This document shows positions 50,946 through 54,702 of a stretch of 54,702 nt of DNA, in pieces. The first letter of the stretch is position 1. Every line of letters starts with the position of its first letter. Where the stretch lies: NCBI GenBank assembly GCA_025201805.1, contig MU619395.1, positions 5,002 through 59,703 of the forward strand, in the 5' to 3' direction. The DNA is from Parasitella parasitica NRRL 2501. Its lineage: Eukaryota; Fungi; Mucoromycota. A program made the position numbers and the translations under genes. A model generated the notes under the pieces. The model was not told the origin of the DNA. It made no database searches and saw nothing but the letters and a program-made list of their open reading frames with translations.

Positions 50946-51377
50946 TGTTGAGATCTGCAAGATCGAAATAAGAAAAGTATAATATAAAACGTTGAATTAA
51001 CGAGATACAAAAACTTGAGATTACTTTATTAAAGATTCAACTTTGCATCTGCTATTTATACTTTTTACAACAACATAAATTTTTGGGGACTTATTTAAAA
51101 TACTAGTCGATACTAATCGATAAGAATAATTTGCAAGCAACATCATATCCTTAACAGGGTACGATGTATTATTATACTACAAAGCTATTGATCTTTGATC
51201 TGACAGTACCTTATTGTTTGTCAATCATACAGATCTGTGTTACAGATAACCTTCCTGATTTGAAACAAAGACTTTATTCTCCTGCTTCGACAAGTATAAC
51301 AACACATCATTGGACAATCTCCAATCTTTAATTGAAGTACACCATCATGATCTCCTAACCTACATTATGGCAGATCA
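50946..51377 (-). mobile_element. LTR of the same family as 4477-4892
   Basis: TGTTG...GGCAGATCA ends. Shared blocks ttaacgagatac, tgcatctgctatttatactttttacaac, ctttgatctgacag, cagatctgtgttac, gatttgaaaca, catcattggacaatct. Flanks ATTAT and TGGTG do not match. Confidence 0.88.
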
Positions 51378-51967
51378 TGGTGCCAATTATACATTAATAG
51401 GCGAGAGCGGTCTCATCATCAACGGCGAAAATTTGAACCCGGTTCTCGTCACCAGGGAGAATCATGCGCCAAAGATTGCGCTTTAACCTCGCCGAGAGAA
51501 GGCGAGATATTGAATACAGTTACAATCCGCTTATCCCCAAAGTCGACTGGGATTACCCCCAAAATGAGCTTGGGGAATCTCATCAATAACGTGAGAGTTA
51601 TATGAATAACGATTATTTCCAAAGACAATTAAATAAAGAGACTACAAGCGATTATATCACGGAGAACGTAGGGTCTTTATTAAAGATTGAAAAGGAAGCC
51701 AGGATTGCTCTGGTCCTGGTTTCTAAAAGTCTTTATACAATTGCATTTGAATGTCAGTGTCAATATTGGAATTGAGATGAGATTCAACCTTCAATTAATA
51801 GGCGAAAACCGACAAACGAACCAAATCCATTGAACTAACTGCACCCCCTCCAACTGAAGTCGATGAGGAAACTGAATAGCTTTTTTTTTAAAAAAAAATA
51901 TATTTTTAATAAATTCATTCATTCTCTTGTCTTTTATTCTTTTCATTTTTCTTTTCTTCTATCAACA

Positions 51968-54702
51968 ATGTCTTTTTTTCAAATTTCGGCTGCAAGATAG
52001 AGACCTATCTATATTTACTGATGAGCAGAAAAAGCAAATACAAAAGTTTCAGAAGTTTATTAACAAAAAACCTAACGGGTATTTGTAAAAATCAGAAGAA
52101 ACACTAAAAAAAATAAAATACTTTTTAAGATGTTGTTTTATTTTATGTTAGGATGAGGAACTTTTCATGGCTATGAATAAACTATTGCTATTTATACTAA
52201 ATGTGAAATCTAAAGATAAAGAAATATACCATGATGGTGTGATGAATGATTGACCACTGAACCTGATAGAAAGATTGAAAGTAGTAGATGTTGATGAAGA
52301 TAGAAATTGCCAACTACAACATTAATTGGCGTACTGTAGATATAAAAAATAATTTATGGACTTGTTTATAAACAAGGTCTTTATGAACATACCTTTAGGT
52401 AACTTAGATGTTTATTAAAGTTTATATCACAAAATTGACATTAAAGTTGTACAATTCCGCAGGTAAACCAATGTACAACTCCTGTTCTATGACAGTATTG
52501 CTGTTTTTGCATGAAGTTGCTCTATCCAGAAGAGCAAAAATACCGTAAAATGCAGCATGTTGATGAACTTCCTTGCCTTGATTGGAAAATACAACCGATC
52601 ATCAAAGAATAAGGGAGAAGCAAAAGGGTTCTATTATGGTATGCGAGAAGCATAAAAAGATAGAGGAGAGCAAAGTTGTCAGATTTGCCATTACTCGATC
52701 TGTAAATGCAAATCATGAATATCTAATTGCCTTTATAGGAGATTCGGTACCTGGACTGAGCGATTTAAATTATCGTGAAGGATCAGTTTTGTCACCAGTA
52801 AAGCTATATTCTCAAATTACCAGAAAATCGACATTCAAGCATGAACGAATAGGACATTATGTCATGACAGGCTCTGTGAGCGCCATGCACAATTATGAAT
52901 TTGCCCAAATGGCTCACGGTGGAGGAACATTGAGCTTATTTTTTCGACGCGGACAACCCGAAGCTATAAATGCAGACAAGGTCAAAGCAATGTATAGAGC
53001 ATTGCAAAATTTCAATCCTCTTCTTGCAAGGCACAATTTCCCAATGCTCACGTACGCATTAGTCAATTATCATGTTACTGAGAACAAAAATCATATTGGA
53101 TCTGCTACCAATTGGACAAACAATGCTCTTTTTGCTATGATGGAAGACACTAAAATCCTGAAGCTACGCCTGACCGTTTCAGAGATTTAATTATTGGAGA
53201 ATACAATGAGGGAAAGAGCATCAAATATTCTCACCCAAGTCTTTTAGCTCTTACCTTCCCTCATTTATTCTTCACGACAAGCTCTGGCCATTATTCCCTC
53301 ATGTCGAGCAAGAAACCGGCGCCAGAATGTTCTACTCCGTTAGAGCAGCTTGCGCTCGCAACAGTACGAGGCGAATTTCTTTCAAGCTTTGCAAAAATCT
53401 CGTTTACTGATGAGGGATAGAAGATTCGCAAAAGACCCTTGGTTTTTATTTTTCATGCTTGATCTAGTCGAAAAGATAAATATAGCAACTGCAAATTATT
53501 TTGTAGTGTCGACAAAGGGCAGAACCAAAAAATCAAAACAAAGCGACATCGTCAACAATACAACCAAAAAACTGAACAAGAATCTTGTATCAACTGTTCC
53601 TCCTCAAATTCGTTCTTCTTATGCTTACAAGCGCAAAAACTTTTTGGACCTACAATGCATTTTCGAGAATCTTGGATCTCCACAGCTATTTCTTACATTT
53701 GCATGCAATGAAAATAGCTTAGACTTCAAAGATTTGGTTCCTGACATTGCGCATCCATGGGATGACCCAGTAACTTTTGTAGCTCACTGGAAACGAAAAT
53801 GGTTAGAGTTTTTCAACAAATACGTCTTGGGTCATTTTACTGATCAGATTGTTGGCGTAAAAGAGCACAGCTGGGTTATGGAAATTCAAGACAGAGGAAG
53901 CCCTCACATCCACCTTGTACTATGGACCGAAAAAACCGTAGATCAACTTATTGATATAGATGTTCTTCACACAAGTTTTCCTCCAAACGTATCGCATAAT
54001 GATCCGTTAATGCATCACCTGGTCAATACTCATCAGTTGCATACTTGTAACGATAAGTGAGTATCTTAACACAATTTTCCAATGCAAAAACTAACTGCTA
54101 TATTATTATAAAAAGCTATTGCAAACGAGGCCAACCTGACCGACCATGCCGTTTTGGTTTTCCAAAACCTCAATCACCTGTAACATGTATATGGACAAAA
54201 ATCACCAAGTAATTTATAAGAGGGATGTTACTAATTGTATGGTAAACAATTATAATTCCTTATTTACTGGCTGTATTTAGAGCAAACATGAACATTCAGT
54301 ACAATGATGGCCCGCAGGCATTAAGATACCTTGCGAAATATATGGCGAAAGGCGATTATAGCACTTCTGTCACTTTTAAAAACGTTGGAAGAACCAATCA
54401 AGGTCACTATCAGAAATCAGCGTATGTGAAAGAGTCTGAGCACCTAAAGACAAGAATTGTTGGCGCTGTTGAAGCAGTATACGATTTGTTAGGCTGGCAC
54501 AAACACAGCAATTCAAGAAACGTTATATTCTTAAAAACAGCTTTGATTGGTCATAGTTCTTTGAGGATACGAGGCGACGTAAAGCAGCTACCCCAAGACT
54601 CGGAAGATATCTATGCCAAAGCTCGAATAGAAATTTACGAGAAACGAAATGGTGCAAACACTTTGACATTACCCCAGTTCTTTTGCTTTTATATTCGCAA
54701 AT
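51968..54702 (+). mobile_element. Helitron RepHel gene (rolling-circle transposon), degenerate, runs off the right edge
   Basis: LLALTFPHLF; Rep motif 1 LFLTFACN; HUH motif EIQDRGSPHIHLVLW; HQLHTCNDK...CRFGFPKP; motif 3 RYLAKYMAK (~54324-54350). Stops and frameshifts upstream of 52582, at ~53160-53350 and at ~54190-54260. Contains introns. Confidence 0.9.

Noticed and set aside
4477-51377. The two same-family LTRs as ends of one giant 46-kb LTR element carrying the genes
   Set aside because: The left LTR has its own complete TSD, the copies are diverged, and the interior is ordinary housekeeping genes.
51378-51390. TGGTGCC after the LTR as a tRNA primer-binding site
   Set aside because: TATA and polyA signals place the LTR on the minus strand, so this is the wrong side, and no gag follows.

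Overview
Eukaryotic, AT-rich fungal DNA with many short (~55-65 nt) GT-AG introns. The protein content and transposon types fit a Mucorales fungus (inference). A ~43 kb gene-rich core is bounded by two transposon blocks. Left block (1-5.8 kb): the 5' half of a DIRS-type retrotransposon on the minus strand (gag plus overlapping RT), then two tandem copies of a ~1.5 kb repeat carrying three different solo LTRs, each with a perfect 5-bp TSD. Right block (48.9-54.7 kb): more solo LTRs (one from the same family as on the left), a ~336 bp tandem duplication and a degenerate Helitron RepHel. The core holds a small SET protein, an LSB1/PIN3-like SH3 protein, EFR3, a signal-peptide-bearing intronless YcaC-type isochorismatase-family hydrolase, an HMG-box factor, CLU1, a GST, a bZIP factor, MON2, a Gti1/Pac2 (WOPR) factor, an intron-containing integrase-zinc-finger-only gene, FAD1 and an SGNH-like membrane protein with degenerate catalytic motifs. 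The most notable item is largely invisible in the ORF track: a divergently transcribed, intron-containing PhyH-family dioxygenase plus HD-domain oxygenase pair (42.7-44.4 kb). It matches the PhnY/PhnZ oxidative C-P bond cleavage module. Both genes look pseudogenised here, and a poly(A) retroposon stub sits in the phnZ-like intron. All calls come from manual translation and motif recognition; no database searches were run.
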